Shown: positions 11,878 to 22,561 of the stretch, piece after piece
How positions within the stretch are numbered: position 1 is the first letter of the stretch
Layout: every line of letters begins with the position of its first letter
Source: a virus
Lineage: Duplodnaviria; Heunggongvirae; Uroviricota; Caudoviricetes
Direction: 5' to 3' (one strand)
DNA length: 46,666 bases
Virus record (IMG/VR): IMGVR_UViG_2880395615_000009
Location: 1-46,666 of that record
Translations under genes and position numbers: made by a program
The notes under the pieces: model-generated
Told to the model about the DNA's origin: nothing
Database searches by the model: none
Seen by the model: the letters and a program-made list of their open reading frames with translations, nothing else

Positions 11878-14453
11878 CGCCTGCCTCCGGAAAAGACGCC
11901 GCCATCACGCATCTGCGCCTGAATCTCATCCTGCGCCCCCTTGCGGGCCATGTCATACACCGCCTTCATCAGCTGCGGCCCCGCCTGTCCGTTGGAGCCG
12001 TCGTTCTGAATCACCACGTGATTGTTCTGATTAAAATTAATGCCTTCCGTCCGCCGCATCTGCGCCGGACTTCCGGCACCGCCCACATAACCACCTTCCG
12101 CATAGCCCCGCATCAGGCGGTACAGGTTGCCGACGCCAATCCGGCTGGTTGCCTCCTTCGTGAAGACAAACTCCCCGCGATGAACAATCCCCGCAGGCTC
12201 ATATTTGCCGCCCGTCCCCGTAAATCCCCCGGTCGCGAAATGGAAGTTCGCCGCCGCAGCCTGAATGGCCGTCCCCGTGGAGGCAGACGCCCCACCACCG
12301 AAAGCACCACCAATGGCGCTGCCGATACTCCCGACAATCCCCACCATTGCCTGCTTAAGCAGAATTTCTGTCATCATGGACAGCACGGAGCGGGTGAAGC
12401 TGCGCCAGTTCTGTTCACTGCCGGTCAGCATCACCGCCATATTCTGTGCAATACCGTCAAAGGTCTGCGTGGCCACGCTTTTAACCTGCGAAAAACTGTC
12501 CGTCGCACTTTCCGCCCACTCGCCCCAGCCGGACTTCAGCCCGGCCATCCAGCTTCCACGAAGCTGCTCCTCCGCAGACCAGGTGTTCTTCAGTGCCGAT
12601 GTGGCCTTCGCCAGCGCAGCCGGATTATCACCGTACACGTCACGAAGGCGCTGCTCTTCCGACTCCCGCTGCGCCTGACGGTCGGTGAGGCCCCGCGCCT
12701 GGGCACTGATTGCCGCCTGCTTCGCACTCTGCTGCTGTTCAAACCGCGCCGCCTGCTGTGCCAGCTCATTCAGCCGTTTCTGGTGTTCAACTTTGTCTCC
12801 CAGCTCAGCCAGCTGGCGTTTGTACTCCAGCGTCTCTTTCTCATGGGTCAGCAGGGATTTTTCCTGCTCAGATAACTGCCGTTTCGTGGCTGCCTCTTTC
12901 AGGACCGCATACTGATTTTCCGCTTTCCATAAATCGCGACGCTGCTGGCTGATTTTCTCATTCGCACCGCTGTGTTTTTCCAGCGTCCGGAGCTCGGTTT
13001 CAAGCGCCAGCAGGGCAGCATGCGCCTGGTCTTCCTGACGCTCACCGGCTGACACTTTGACTCCTGACGACTTCGGCTTTTTCAGCGTCGATTCATAATC
13101 CTTTTTCGCCGCCGCCATCAGCGTGTTGTAATCCGCCTGCAGGATTTTCCCGTCTTTCAGGGCCTTATTCAGTTCTTCCTGACGGGCGGTATATTTCTCC
13201 AGCGGCGTCAGCAGACGCTCATACGCCTTCTGCGCCTCTCCGGTATACTTCAGCTGTGATGCGTCCCGTTCGGCCCGGTCCCTGGCGGCCAGTTCACCGG
13301 CTTTTTCCATATCCGACTGCAGCGTGGCCGCTGCCAGCCCCAGACGGGCATTTTCCCGGTCATTCCATGCGCCCTGAAGGTTGGCCCGGAAAGAGGCGGT
13401 TTTTCCCCGGCGCTGGCTCCGGCTCTGGTACCACTGCCATTTTTTATCTGCCTCATCAAATGCCTTCTGTGCACTGGCGAGCATATCCGCTGAGGACTCA
13501 GGACGACCGATATCCAGAATGGCATCCCACATCGATTTGAATGCCTTCCCTGTTTTATCCGCCCAGGTCTCCAGTGTTCCCATGTTTTCTTTCAGGCGAC
13601 GGGTCTGCTCATCAAAGCCTTTCGTGGCGATATCGTTCGCCGCCTGCAATGCCCCGGCCTCGTCTCCGGAACGCTGCAGCTGTGCAACATACGCAATCTG
13701 CTCTGCCGTCACGTTACGGAACTGGCGCGCCATCGCCATCAGTCCCGACGTCGGGTCGGTGGTCAGTTTTCCGAAAGCCTCTGCCACCTTGTCCACCTCC
13801 ACACCGGATGCAGAAGCAAAACGCGCGACACTCTGGTTGATGGCATCAAACTGTTCACCACCACGCACACCGGCATTCACCAGGGCTGCCAGTGACTCAC
13901 TCGCCTGGTTAAACGTCAGCCCTGCGGCCTGTCCGGCTCTGGAGAGCGTCAGCATGCGATCGGCAGTCAGTCCGGACTGATTACCGGAAAGAACCAGGGT
14001 TTTATTAAACGCTGAAAGCGTGGAATCCCCCTGGTACCAGGCGTACGCCAGCGCACCTGTCGCCACCGCCAGCGAGGTGACCCCGACCATCGGCAGGGTG
14101 ATCGCACCGGCAAGTCCCCTGAACATGGGGATCATCCCGCCGAAGGAGTCCTTCACCTGACCGCCCTGTTGCAGCAGGATCAGCCAGGGATTCTGACCAC
14201 CGGCAAGCTGCGTGGCGATATCCGTAAACTGTGCGGGCAGGGTTCGCATGGCCGCTTTATACTGCCCGACGGAAATCCCGGCTTTTTGTGCAGCCAGCGC
14301 CTGACGACTCAGGTTCTGCTCAACAACACCGGCGGTTTTTCTGGCGTCAGTCTCCAGTCCGGAAAAATGACGCCTTACCCGGCTCATCTGCTCATCGAAA
14401 CGGACCGCATCCAGACTCAGGTCAATAACAAGATCACCAACCGGCTGGGACAT
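11874..14453 (-). CDS. H: Tail tape measure protein H
   Basis: 859 aa protein with long coiled-coil and Gly-rich regions; matches lambda H length and position. Confidence 0.9.
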   Translation of the reverse strand: MSQPVGDLVIDLSLDAVRFDEQMSRVRRHFSGLETDARKTAGVVEQNLSRQALAAQKAGISVGQYKAAMRTLPAQFTDIATQLAGGQNPWLILLQQGGQVKDSFGGMIPMFRGLAGAITLPMVGVTSLAVATGALAYAWYQGDSTLSAFNKTLVLSGNQSGLTADRMLTLSRAGQAAGLTFNQASESLAALVNAGVRGGEQFDAINQSVARFASASGVEVDKVAEAFGKLTTDPTSGLMAMARQFRNVTAEQIAYVAQLQRSGDEAGALQAANDIATKGFDEQTRRLKENMGTLETWADKTGKAFKSMWDAILDIGRPESSADMLASAQKAFDEADKKWQWYQSRSQRRGKTASFRANLQGAWNDRENARLGLAAATLQSDMEKAGELAARDRAERDASQLKYTGEAQKAYERLLTPLEKYTARQEELNKALKDGKILQADYNTLMAAAKKDYESTLKKPKSSGVKVSAGERQEDQAHAALLALETELRTLEKHSGANEKISQQRRDLWKAENQYAVLKEAATKRQLSEQEKSLLTHEKETLEYKRQLAELGDKVEHQKRLNELAQQAARFEQQQSAKQAAISAQARGLTDRQAQRESEEQRLRDVYGDNPAALAKATSALKNTWSAEEQLRGSWMAGLKSGWGEWAESATDSFSQVKSVATQTFDGIAQNMAVMLTGSEQNWRSFTRSVLSMMTEILLKQAMVGIVGSIGSAIGGAFGGGASASTGTAIQAAAANFHFATGGFTGTGGKYEPAGIVHRGEFVFTKEATSRIGVGNLYRLMRGYAEGGYVGGAGSPAQMRRTEGINFNQNNHVVIQNDGSNGQAGPQLMKAVYDMARKGAQDEIQAQMRDGGVFSGGRR

Positions 14454-14898
14454 ATCTCACACCTCCGGAAATCCCCGCTGAAGCCATCATTAATGCGACA
14501 TCATCCTCGCTGACATCCGCCACATCCGCAGACGATAAAATCTCACGCCCTCCGTCCCCACCAAACCGGACGCCTCCGGCAAGTCCTGCCGCTTTCTGCA
14601 TCAGCATTTTTTCCTCATCCGGCATCTCCGTCTGCGCTTCCTCACGCCGGGGGGCAAGCAGACTGAAATCAGAGGGATGCATATCCGGATCGCAAAAAAA
14701 CAGGCTGAGTACGGCGTACGTCAGCCCGGAAAAATGCATATCCAGTTGGGTATCGAGAAAATAATGCGTACGGTAAAAATGTCGCCAGTCGGCATATTCG
14801 GTGGATGTCATCCCGGCAAGCATGGCGCGCCAGTCAGGCCTCCCCATCTCACGCGCCAGTCTGAGGGCAAAATTCAGCTCGCCGTCGAAGACTTTCCC
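14434..14898 (-). CDS. T: T frame of the tail assembly chaperone G-T fusion, reached by a -1 programmed frameshift from G
   Basis: The -1 frame after the slippery site reads GKVFDGELNFALRLAREMGRPDWRAMLAGM..., matching lambda gpT. Confidence 0.8.
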   Translation of the reverse strand, partial: GKVFDGELNFALRLAREMGRPDWRAMLAGMTSTEYADWRHFYRTHYFLDTQLDMHFSGLTYAVLSLFFCDPDMHPSDFSLLAPRREEAQTEMPDEEKMLMQKAAGLAGGVRFGGDGGREILSSADVADVSEDDVALMMASAGISGGVRYVPAGW

Positions 14899-15305
14899 GC
14901 AGAAAAATCATCATCAGTCAGCGCGTTATTTTTCGCCACTTCGGTGCTGTCAGTATCCGCATGAACAGCCCCGCTCATCCCGGACAGACGCAACACCACA
15001 TCTTCCGCCCGGGCAATGGCATCCGCAGGCCAGGTGGTGAGCACCTCCTGTTCGATCTGCATCACAGCCTCATTCATTGACGGTGATGCCGTTTTCTGCG
15101 GATGGTTATGCCACAGGGACATCGCCACCAGAAACGCGCCGGTTCTGACGAGATCTTCCACGCTTACCTGCAGGTTGCCGCTGGATTCTGCCTGTTCTGC
15201 ACGCCGTTTCAGGAGGGCAAGATGCTCAATACGCTGCAGCGCAGACAATTCGGAAAGCGTGACGGACACACCGTTATATTCAAATTGTTCTGTTTTCAGA
15301 AACAT
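14874..15305 (-). CDS. G: Tail assembly chaperone G
   Basis: MFLKTEQFEYNGVSVTLSELSALQRIEHLALLKR... matches lambda G; ends ...AGKSSTAS. Confidence 0.9.
   Translation of the reverse strand: MFLKTEQFEYNGVSVTLSELSALQRIEHLALLKRRAEQAESSGNLQVSVEDLVRTGAFLVAMSLWHNHPQKTASPSMNEAVMQIEQEVLTTWPADAIARAEDVVLRLSGMSGAVHADTDSTEVAKNNALTDDDFSAGKSSTAS
14892..14898 (-). other. G-T -1 programmed ribosomal frameshift slippery heptamer G GGA AAG
   Basis: Plus-strand ctttccc, i.e. GGGAAAG on the coding strand in the G frame (A G K), as in lambda. Confidence 0.8.
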
Positions 15306-15318
15306 GTATTACCTCCGT

Positions 15319-16071
15319 TTACCCTGCAGCGCCCGCTTCAGTAACGGTGACTTCAGCCACTGCGGCGAACTGACCATTTCCGCTCACCACAGGGATCTGC
15401 ACCTTACCTGTCGCCACGCCGTTTACCGTAATTGTCATATCTTTCACACTAATGGTGGCTTTCGACGGATCGGCGGAAACCGCTCTGAACGTCTTGTCGG
15501 TTGCACTTTCCGGCTCAAAAGAAACCGTCAGGGTGGTTGTTTTCCCTTTTGCCACCGTACCGGATGTCGGCGTCACCTTAATCGCAGTGACCGGCGTAAT
15601 TTTGCTGCGTTCTTCCGCCACGGAAGGTTTGCCCACGTTGGTCACTTTCACCGTGCGGGTGATCACTTCTTTCGCCGTCACGGCCTTACCGATACTGCTG
15701 ACCCAGCCACGAAACACATCCACCGTGCCGTTCGGAAAACGGATTTTATAGGCCCGCACATCCCCGCTTTCAAACCAGCCTATAAGCCCTTTCTGACCTT
15801 CTTCTCCCGGTTTCCAGGCCAGCGTAAAACTGGTATCTCCTGCAGACTTCTGCCCCTGCCCGGTCGCGGTCCAGTCCGCGTCTTCATCATCCAGGTAGTT
15901 ATCATCGTAGGGTTCTGCCGTCATCTCGCCCGGCGTCAGATCCTTCACCTTAGCCAGTCGCAGCCAGTCATCGTCTGACAACGGGTTTGCATAGGCGTCA
16001 CCCTGACCGTTATAAACCCACAGGGTGGTACCGGCACCTTTTACCGGCGCCAGGGGATTTGGTGTTGCCAT
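15319..16071 (-). CDS. V: Major tail protein V
   Basis: 250 aa at the lambda V position, with a C-terminal Ig-like region. Confidence 0.9.
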   Translation of the reverse strand: MATPNPLAPVKGAGTTLWVYNGQGDAYANPLSDDDWLRLAKVKDLTPGEMTAEPYDDNYLDDEDADWTATGQGQKSAGDTSFTLAWKPGEEGQKGLIGWFESGDVRAYKIRFPNGTVDVFRGWVSSIGKAVTAKEVITRTVKVTNVGKPSVAEERSKITPVTAIKVTPTSGTVAKGKTTTLTVSFEPESATDKTFRAVSADPSKATISVKDMTITVNGVATGKVQIPVVSGNGQFAAVAEVTVTEAGAAG

Positions 16072-16078
16072 ATCGTCC

Positions 16079-16474
16079 TCACATCTCGTATGTAATGGAA
16101 TAAGTCAGATCTGCAGAACTCCACAATGCCATATCGTCATCACGACGATAGTCATAGCCCTGCGTAACCATCGTGGTAATCATGCCTGCCAGTGCAGGGA
16201 TCACCGCCATCGCCGGGTAAATCCGGCTTTCCATCCACTGATCAAGCTCTGAATCCGGTACCTGTGCCGGTAAAAACACCTCAATATGCAGTGTGGCCCG
16301 CCAGGTATCTGCATCCAGCTCTTCACCGGTATACTCTGCATCCGTCAGATAAACCGCGACCGCGGGAAAATCCTCTTCGTCAAAAACAACGGGGCGACCA
16401 TCAAACAGCGTCGCCCCGTGTTCATGCAGCTCCAGTGCATCCAGCACTGCAGCACGGATATCAGTATGTTTCAT
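16079..16474 (-). CDS. U: Tail terminator protein U
   Basis: 131 aa at the lambda U position. Confidence 0.85.
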   Translation of the reverse strand: MKHTDIRAAVLDALELHEHGATLFDGRPVVFDEEDFPAVAVYLTDAEYTGEELDADTWRATLHIEVFLPAQVPDSELDQWMESRIYPAMAVIPALAGMITTMVTQGYDYRRDDDMALWSSADLTYSITYEM

Positions 16475-17004
16475 CGTTTTATTGCAATCCTCAGTTGTTG
16501 TTTCAGCGCGGATGCCAGTTCTTTAGGCAGGCGTTCACGCCGGATACGGTCAACATTCTCATCAAATGCCTGTTTCAGTAGGGCCGCCATCGGGATTTTC
16601 ACCACATCAATGGGGTAACGGTTTTTCCCGGCCACACGCTGCATGACATGCCAGCGACCATTTTTTAATCGCTGAATAAATGCCCGCTGATACCGATGCT
16701 GACCGGCTTTGAGTATGCTGTTCGGGCGACGCCCCGGCATCCTGATCCCCAGCTTAATCACAGGGAGATCACCGCGGTTAACGATAATTCTGGCATTCGG
16801 ATTTCTGACCGTCGCCCGTTTCAGTCTGGACCGTTCCTTAACCAGTTTCCGGCGAACCTTTGTCTCCCGGGCAACCTGTGATGAAGACTGATTAATCGCC
16901 GTTGTGGCCACGCGGTTAATGGCCATTGCTGAAGCCGCCGGAATGGCGTTTTTACGAACCCGGCTCAGATTGTCAATCGCCTGATCAAGCCCTTTTATCG
17001 CCAT
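16471..17004 (-). CDS. Z: Tail completion protein Z
   Basis: 177 aa at the lambda Z position. Confidence 0.85.
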   Translation of the reverse strand: MAIKGLDQAIDNLSRVRKNAIPAASAMAINRVATTAINQSSSQVARETKVRRKLVKERSRLKRATVRNPNARIIVNRGDLPVIKLGIRMPGRRPNSILKAGQHRYQRAFIQRLKNGRWHVMQRVAGKNRYPIDVVKIPMAALLKQAFDENVDRIRRERLPKELASALKQQLRIAIKR

Positions 17005-17019
17005 AATTTCACCCTGCGT

Positions 17020-17373
17020 TTATCGTCGCCGGTTAACTGCGGGTGGTTGACCACGGTTGAGCCAGAGATAACAGCTGCCCCCGTCATCCGGAGAAACACG
17101 ATCCACCCAGAATATCTCACCATTAATGGTCAGCGTGTCACCACGCCGCACGGCACGAACCGTATCCGTCCGCACAAATAATGACGGGCTGCTTCCTTCA
17201 ATACGGACCCCGCCACCGGCAAACCCCAGCGACTCCGGATCGTCAAAAACCCCCTGAACTTCGCTGCCACACTGTGCCCCCGAGGTGAACTGCGCACAGA
17301 GCCCCATCACTTCAACAATCGTGCTGTCCACCCCGGCGAGGGCAGCATCAAAGGCATTCTGAAAATCACGCAT
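17020..17373 (-). CDS. FII: Head-tail joining protein FII
   Basis: 117 aa at the lambda FII position. Confidence 0.8.
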   Translation of the reverse strand: MRDFQNAFDAALAGVDSTIVEVMGLCAQFTSGAQCGSEVQGVFDDPESLGFAGGGVRIEGSSPSLFVRTDTVRAVRRGDTLTINGEIFWVDRVSPDDGGSCYLWLNRGQPPAVNRRR

Positions 17374-17797
17374 GCTCAGCCGTTCCGTGCTGTATCATGG
17401 CTGTCGCCAGTGGTGATGGCACCAGAACACGCATGCCCCGGTACGTCAGTTCAACGGGACGGCCTGTCTCCGGGCAATACCCCATCACATGCAGGCATTT
17501 CCGCACACGGACCGCTTTAACATCATCCGTAGCATCAGTGTTGTGCAACTGCTCACCATCGTCTGTGTGATTTTGCTCAGGCCCGCTCTCATCACCAGGC
17601 ATAATGCCCTCCCGGGAAGCAGCAAGCTCCTCTTCCCACTCAGACACACGTTGCGCAATATCCGCAGCACTCCCCGACATATCCGCCTCGCGCCCCAGCA
17701 GGCCAGCCAGTTGACGAAGACGTTTCTGATTTTCTTCTTTTGTTGCCATATCAGCCCCCTGTGAAAAAAGACACGGGGGCATTTCGCCCCCGCTCAC
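17366..17797 (-). CDS. FI-position DNA packaging protein (start may be the Met at 17749)
   Basis: Position between E and FII; acidic protein; sequence not recognisably lambda FI. Confidence 0.5.
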   Translation of the reverse strand: MSGGEMPPCLFSQGADMATKEENQKRLRQLAGLLGREADMSGSAADIAQRVSEWEEELAASREGIMPGDESGPEQNHTDDGEQLHNTDATDDVKAVRVRKCLHVMGYCPETGRPVELTYRGMRVLVPSPLATAMIQHGTAEHA

Positions 17798-17800
17798 GGA

Positions 17801-18829
17801 TTATTTCACCTGCACCACCACAAACTCATCCGGATCCGGCAGCACCATCAGCGGTGCGGACTGCGTCATGGTAAATTCACGGGCCGGATCGCCCACGGTC
17901 AGCCAGTGTTTCGGGTAACGGGAAGAAGCCACCACACCTTCGGACAACGCCTGCGCATCCTGAATGGCACCGTAACAACGGATCCCATCTGCAGCCGTAT
18001 TTCCCAGGACCAGCGTGCCCTCCGGCAGATAACGTTTTTCGGTACCGTCCTCTGCCACATAAGACGTTTTCGCCACCACAATGGCCAGATCGCCGTAATA
18101 CCCTTTGAAAGACACCACCGCCCCCAGGTCTTTCACTGCCGTTTCGAGCTGTGAATTTGAGCCGCGACGGGTATCCAGTTTTTCGCGGAACAGCTTAAAA
18201 CCATTCAGCAGACGCCAGACAGTACCGTCCATAATGGCAATATTCACAAGACCGCTGGCCTGATCGCAGTAGAGGTCAATATCATGCGTCGGATCAAACG
18301 TATCACGGTCCTGCTCAGACCATTTTTTACCGTCGGCCTGCTCAATGTTATTTCCTTCAGAGCGTCCAAAATCCACCTCGACAGTATCAAACTGATCCCC
18401 TTCCATGGTGTATTTGCCATACAGCACGGCATTCACCGCCTGCATTTCTTCCACCTGGACAATGGCATGCTCTTCCTGTTTGAGGTTATCGGTGATGATA
18501 CGCAGACGACGGTAGGCCGGGTCGTTCAGTTGAGCCGGATCTTCACCGGGAAGACGCTCAACCGCCTGCTGGTAATTAAATTCGTGTTTCGGCTTGACGT
18601 AGCCCGGACGTAACACGCGGGTTTCACCACCGCGATGACGCAGCACTTTTCCTTCAACAACCGGGGAGACATAGGCCGCCACCGGCGTTTTTCCGGTAAT
18701 TTTGTCCAGCATCACCTCTTCGGTATGGAAATTCACCGTACGGCGGAAAAACAGCTCCAGAAACAGCGCACGAAATTTCACTTTTTGTTCGGTATAACCG
18801 AGTAACTGGCGGGTCGTAAACAATCCCAT
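17801..18829 (-). CDS. E: Major capsid protein E
   Basis: Matches lambda E (FLELFF...VSPVVEGKVLRHRGG...PGYVKPKHE...RGSNSQLETAVKDLG...TGDPAREFTMTQSAPLM). Confidence 0.95.
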   Translation of the reverse strand: MGLFTTRQLLGYTEQKVKFRALFLELFFRRTVNFHTEEVMLDKITGKTPVAAYVSPVVEGKVLRHRGGETRVLRPGYVKPKHEFNYQQAVERLPGEDPAQLNDPAYRRLRIITDNLKQEEHAIVQVEEMQAVNAVLYGKYTMEGDQFDTVEVDFGRSEGNNIEQADGKKWSEQDRDTFDPTHDIDLYCDQASGLVNIAIMDGTVWRLLNGFKLFREKLDTRRGSNSQLETAVKDLGAVVSFKGYYGDLAIVVAKTSYVAEDGTEKRYLPEGTLVLGNTAADGIRCYGAIQDAQALSEGVVASSRYPKHWLTVGDPAREFTMTQSAPLMVLPDPDEFVVVQVK

Positions 18830-18886
18830 AAATCAGTTCCTTTCATTCAGAAATCAGTCAGGCCACCGCGGTGGCCTGATAACGTG

Positions 18887-19234
18887 TTACGGCAGCGCCG
18901 CGTGACTCAGGGCACTGCCGGCAAAGGCATTTGCCTTTTTGTGTTCATCCACACTTTCAGGCCAGCGGATTGCCTCCGTCGCAAAGGTCCCCGACTTGTA
19001 ATAGGTCAGTACCGTCTCTGTGCCTTCAAGCGGCAGTACCAGTATGCCAACTGCACTACCGGCTTTCTGTCCGTCCCAGACCACCAGTTTCCCGCTGGCT
19101 TCATCCAGCATCAGGGGCGTCAGTGCCGGTGTTGCCGAGGAAATCCCGCTGCTGCCTGTGGCGGTATGAGCCGGATCATTACCGGCAAAAATACGTACTT
19201 CCGCACGCTGTTCAGTGATGTTTTTCGTTACCAT
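18887..19234 (-). CDS. D: Head decoration protein D
   Basis: NDPAHTATG...TPLMLDEASGKLVVWDG...YKSGTF matches lambda D. Confidence 0.9.
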   Translation of the reverse strand: MVTKNITEQRAEVRIFAGNDPAHTATGSSGISSATPALTPLMLDEASGKLVVWDGQKAGSAVGILVLPLEGTETVLTYYKSGTFATEAIRWPESVDEHKKANAFAGSALSHAALP

Positions 19235-19270
19235 ATTGTAAAAACCTCCTGTTGATGGTCAGCACTGACT

Positions 19271-20776
19271 TCATGGCATGGCCATGAGCATTTTCATGTC
19301 CGCATCACCGTCTGCTGACGTCTGTGGCACGCCACCCTGTACCGCAGCCGGTGAATGGTTCGCCATGATGCGTTCAAACAGGGCGGTTGTGGATGCAGAG
19401 ACCGGTTCTGCCTTACCTGATCCCGCAGCCAGCACAGCCCGGGCGCTCTCCACAGTCATTCCCGGGCAGGCAGCCAGCTGTTCAGCCTGCGCCTCAGCCC
19501 CTTTTGCCTCATCCAGTGCCATGATCTGATCACGGAGTGAGGGTCCGGCATCCGCCTGCGGTGAAGCAGCCAGGATCGGGCGGGCTTTTTCCACCGTCAT
19601 CTCCGGCATCGCCGCCAGCGTTGCCGCCAGTTGTTCACGACCGTTCGCTTCTTCACACGCCATAATGCGATCGGCTTCACTCTGCGTGGATGCCACCGGC
19701 TGCTGCGGTGCCGCCGCGGCCAGAATCGCCCGGGCCTGTTCAACGCTCATGCCCTGTTGTCCTGCCAGCATCGTGGCAAGCTGTTCACGTCCTTTCGCTT
19801 CCTGGCATGTCAGGATCCCCATCACTCGCTGGTTCTCCTGCGCGGCGGCTTCCGTTGCAGTTAATTGCGGCATAGTGCCTCCTCTGACATTACTGTTCAG
19901 CGCCGTGGCCATCACACTGATGGCATCCGACGCATTGACTAATTCATCCGCCAGCCCGGCATCAATGCCGGACTGACCTTCAAAAACGGCGGCCTCTGTT
20001 CCCGTGACGGCATCAACAGACAGACCGGTAAACATCGCCACTTTTTCGGCAAACATCCGGCGCGCCGCATCAATGCGCTGCTGCATGTCCTGGCGAACCT
20101 CTGCCGGTAAGGCTTCAAACTGATTGCCATCCACCTTGTGCGTCCCTGAGTAAATCAGCGTGATATCCACACCGGCCTGCGCCAGATGACCGGCATAGCT
20201 GACATGGCTCATCATCACGCCAATGGAGCCGATACGGGATGTCTGGGTAACCAGCCGTCGGGAGCAGGCCGACGCCAGCAGCATGGCTGCAGAACAGGCC
20301 GTGTCATTGCACAGTGCCCAGACCGGCTTCTGCTGACGGAGGCGGTAAATCATGTCAGCGCAGTCAAACGCGCCGGCGGCCTGCCCGCCCGGACTGTCAA
20401 TGTCCAGCAGTACGCCCCGCACCTGGCTATCCGCCATTGCCTGCTGAAGACAGGCGACAATACCGTCATAGCCTGTCATTCCGGAAAATGGCCGCATACC
20501 CCCCAGCCGGTGCACCAGCGTGCCGGTCACCGGCAGTACAGCAATACCGTTCACCACCCTGTAAACACGGGCCGGTCGTTTACCTCCGGCCATGTACTCG
20601 TCCGTTTCAGCCAGCATTCCGGGAGCATCAAATTGTACCTGCTGTTGTGGTACCGAAAGACTTGCTGCCCCCATCTCGCGCCCGAGCGCGCAAAAGAAAA
20701 CCCGCGCATAGGCGGGCTCCAGAAGCAGCGGTTCATTGAATGCTGCGGCAATAATGTGTGAAAGATTACGTCTCAC
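19271..20776 (-). CDS. C: Head maturation protease C with nested scaffold (Nu3-like) region
   Basis: S49/ClpP-like N-terminal domain; C-terminal region carries three tandem repeats of about 26 aa (QLATMLAGQQGMSVEQARAILAA / QLAATLAAMPEMTVEKARPILAA / QLAACPGMTVESARAVLAA). Confidence 0.85.
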   Translation of the reverse strand: MRRNLSHIIAAAFNEPLLLEPAYARVFFCALGREMGAASLSVPQQQVQFDAPGMLAETDEYMAGGKRPARVYRVVNGIAVLPVTGTLVHRLGGMRPFSGMTGYDGIVACLQQAMADSQVRGVLLDIDSPGGQAAGAFDCADMIYRLRQQKPVWALCNDTACSAAMLLASACSRRLVTQTSRIGSIGVMMSHVSYAGHLAQAGVDITLIYSGTHKVDGNQFEALPAEVRQDMQQRIDAARRMFAEKVAMFTGLSVDAVTGTEAAVFEGQSGIDAGLADELVNASDAISVMATALNSNVRGGTMPQLTATEAAAQENQRVMGILTCQEAKGREQLATMLAGQQGMSVEQARAILAAAAPQQPVASTQSEADRIMACEEANGREQLAATLAAMPEMTVEKARPILAASPQADAGPSLRDQIMALDEAKGAEAQAEQLAACPGMTVESARAVLAAGSGKAEPVSASTTALFERIMANHSPAAVQGGVPQTSADGDADMKMLMAMP

Positions 20777-22358
20777 GGGGTGTTGTCTCCTCTTCCGGCC
20801 TGCGACTCTCCGCTATCTGCTGCTGATACGCCTGCGCTATCCACACCGGACGTGAGAGTCCGGCTTTTTGCCGCTCTGCAGATTCCCTGACCTGCTGGCG
20901 GAAAATGTCCTGATAATCCTCGCCCATCAGCGCCAGCTCTTTCTCATACGTGCTCAGTCCGGCCTCAATGCGCATCACCGATTCCTGAACCTCCTTGAGC
21001 CCGTCAATGACCATTCTTCCGGCACCAATCCACTCTGCCCGTGACCAGGCTGATCGCGCCTGATAAAAATCAAAACGCGCCCGTGGCGGACGGATAATCC
21101 CCCGAAGAAGTGCCTCTTCCAGCCAGCAGGAAAACATCTGCGTGGCCAGCCGGGCCGCAATAAATTTTCGCCGCCCCATAAAATAGCGCCACGACTCATT
21201 GGCAGAGGCCCTGGCACTTGAATAACTGACCTTCGAGTAATCACGGGACAACTGTTCGTAGGAAACGCCAAGACCGGCGGCGATATACCGCAGCAGCGCC
21301 TGTTCAAGCGCCGAAAATCCATTGTCTGAATCCTGCGCAGTCTGTAGTTTCAGATCATCACCAGGGAAAAGGTGCGGAATTTTGACACCGCCCAGTGTCA
21401 CGTTATTCGTGTCATACCAGCTGGAGAACTTCTCCAGAATATTAATAAGCGGATTATCCTTCTGCTCCTGTGGCGCGCCGGCGATATATTCAAAGGCCTT
21501 TTCGGTATCAAGTTCACTTTCAATCGTCGCTGCATACATGGCTTTCACAATGGCCGACTGAAGCTGTGTTGCCTGCAGGGAATCCAGCATCTTCAGCCGT
21601 TCCATGACGCTGTAAAACTGATTAGCCCCACGGGTCTGCCCGTCCTCCACCGGCTCGAAAATATGCAGCATGGCCGGACGCCCGGTGGGAAGTTCACGCG
21701 GGATCCGTTCCCATCGTCCACTCCCGGAGCGAGGAAAATCATCCTCACAGATATGGTACGCAACGGCACGGCCATATCGATCGACCTCCACCCCGGCCCG
21801 CAGAAAACGGTTCCCCATACCGTGTCCTGGCGTGTCCACCCGTTTCGGACTCACGGCTTTAAAACGCGTACGGAATAACTGCGTGGTTTCCGTATCCCAG
21901 ACCGGCTGCACAAAGATTTCGCCGTTAAACGCATGAACGCCCACACCTTCACGGATAAATTCCGTAAACGTGCGTTTTCCTTCCACGTCGATCTCGCCAG
22001 ACATCCCTTCTGCGTATTCTGACCAGGCCGCCTCCACCTCATCGACAAAACTTTTTGCCGCGGTCTCCCGCATCCCCAGCCAGCGCCAGTTCGGACGGTA
22101 GCTGATCAGAAACATATGCCCGACAATATGATCCTTATGCAGGGCCACCGCATTGGCCGCTATCCCGTTATTGCGCACCAGATCATCTGCCCGGGCATTC
22201 CCCAGACGCAACGCAGGCAGCAGGGCTGCATCGGCACTCTGCGCCGGTGGCAACCACTCCGCCATTTGCCCGCCAAATCCTGCACCGCCCCCGTTGTAGC
22301 TGAGACTCTCACGAAGCGGAACGCCGTTCACATCAATCAGGACAGGCGTTCGTTTCAT
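20766..22358 (-). CDS. B: Portal protein B
   Basis: 530 aa at the lambda B position. Confidence 0.95.
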   Translation of the reverse strand: MKRTPVLIDVNGVPLRESLSYNGGGAGFGGQMAEWLPPAQSADAALLPALRLGNARADDLVRNNGIAANAVALHKDHIVGHMFLISYRPNWRWLGMRETAAKSFVDEVEAAWSEYAEGMSGEIDVEGKRTFTEFIREGVGVHAFNGEIFVQPVWDTETTQLFRTRFKAVSPKRVDTPGHGMGNRFLRAGVEVDRYGRAVAYHICEDDFPRSGSGRWERIPRELPTGRPAMLHIFEPVEDGQTRGANQFYSVMERLKMLDSLQATQLQSAIVKAMYAATIESELDTEKAFEYIAGAPQEQKDNPLINILEKFSSWYDTNNVTLGGVKIPHLFPGDDLKLQTAQDSDNGFSALEQALLRYIAAGLGVSYEQLSRDYSKVSYSSARASANESWRYFMGRRKFIAARLATQMFSCWLEEALLRGIIRPPRARFDFYQARSAWSRAEWIGAGRMVIDGLKEVQESVMRIEAGLSTYEKELALMGEDYQDIFRQQVRESAERQKAGLSRPVWIAQAYQQQIAESRRPEEETTPRET

Positions 22359-22561
22359 AACCTCACTCCCAGCGGACGACGGCGACGCCGGGTTGTCCCC
22401 AGTACCGACTCCGCATCATTGATCGCCCGGTTAAGCTCATCCAGAGAAGCCGCCGTATATTCAATTCTGCGACCATCTTTCTGGACAGACACCACCCGTT
22501 TACCGGTTAATAAATCAAGGCGCGCCTGACGCAGCGCCTGCAGTTCAGCGACTGTAACCAT
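22355..22561 (-). CDS. W: Head-tail joining protein W
   Basis: 68 aa between A and B as in lambda. Confidence 0.85.
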   Translation of the reverse strand: MVTVAELQALRQARLDLLTGKRVVSVQKDGRRIEYTAASLDELNRAINDAESVLGTTRRRRRPLGVRL

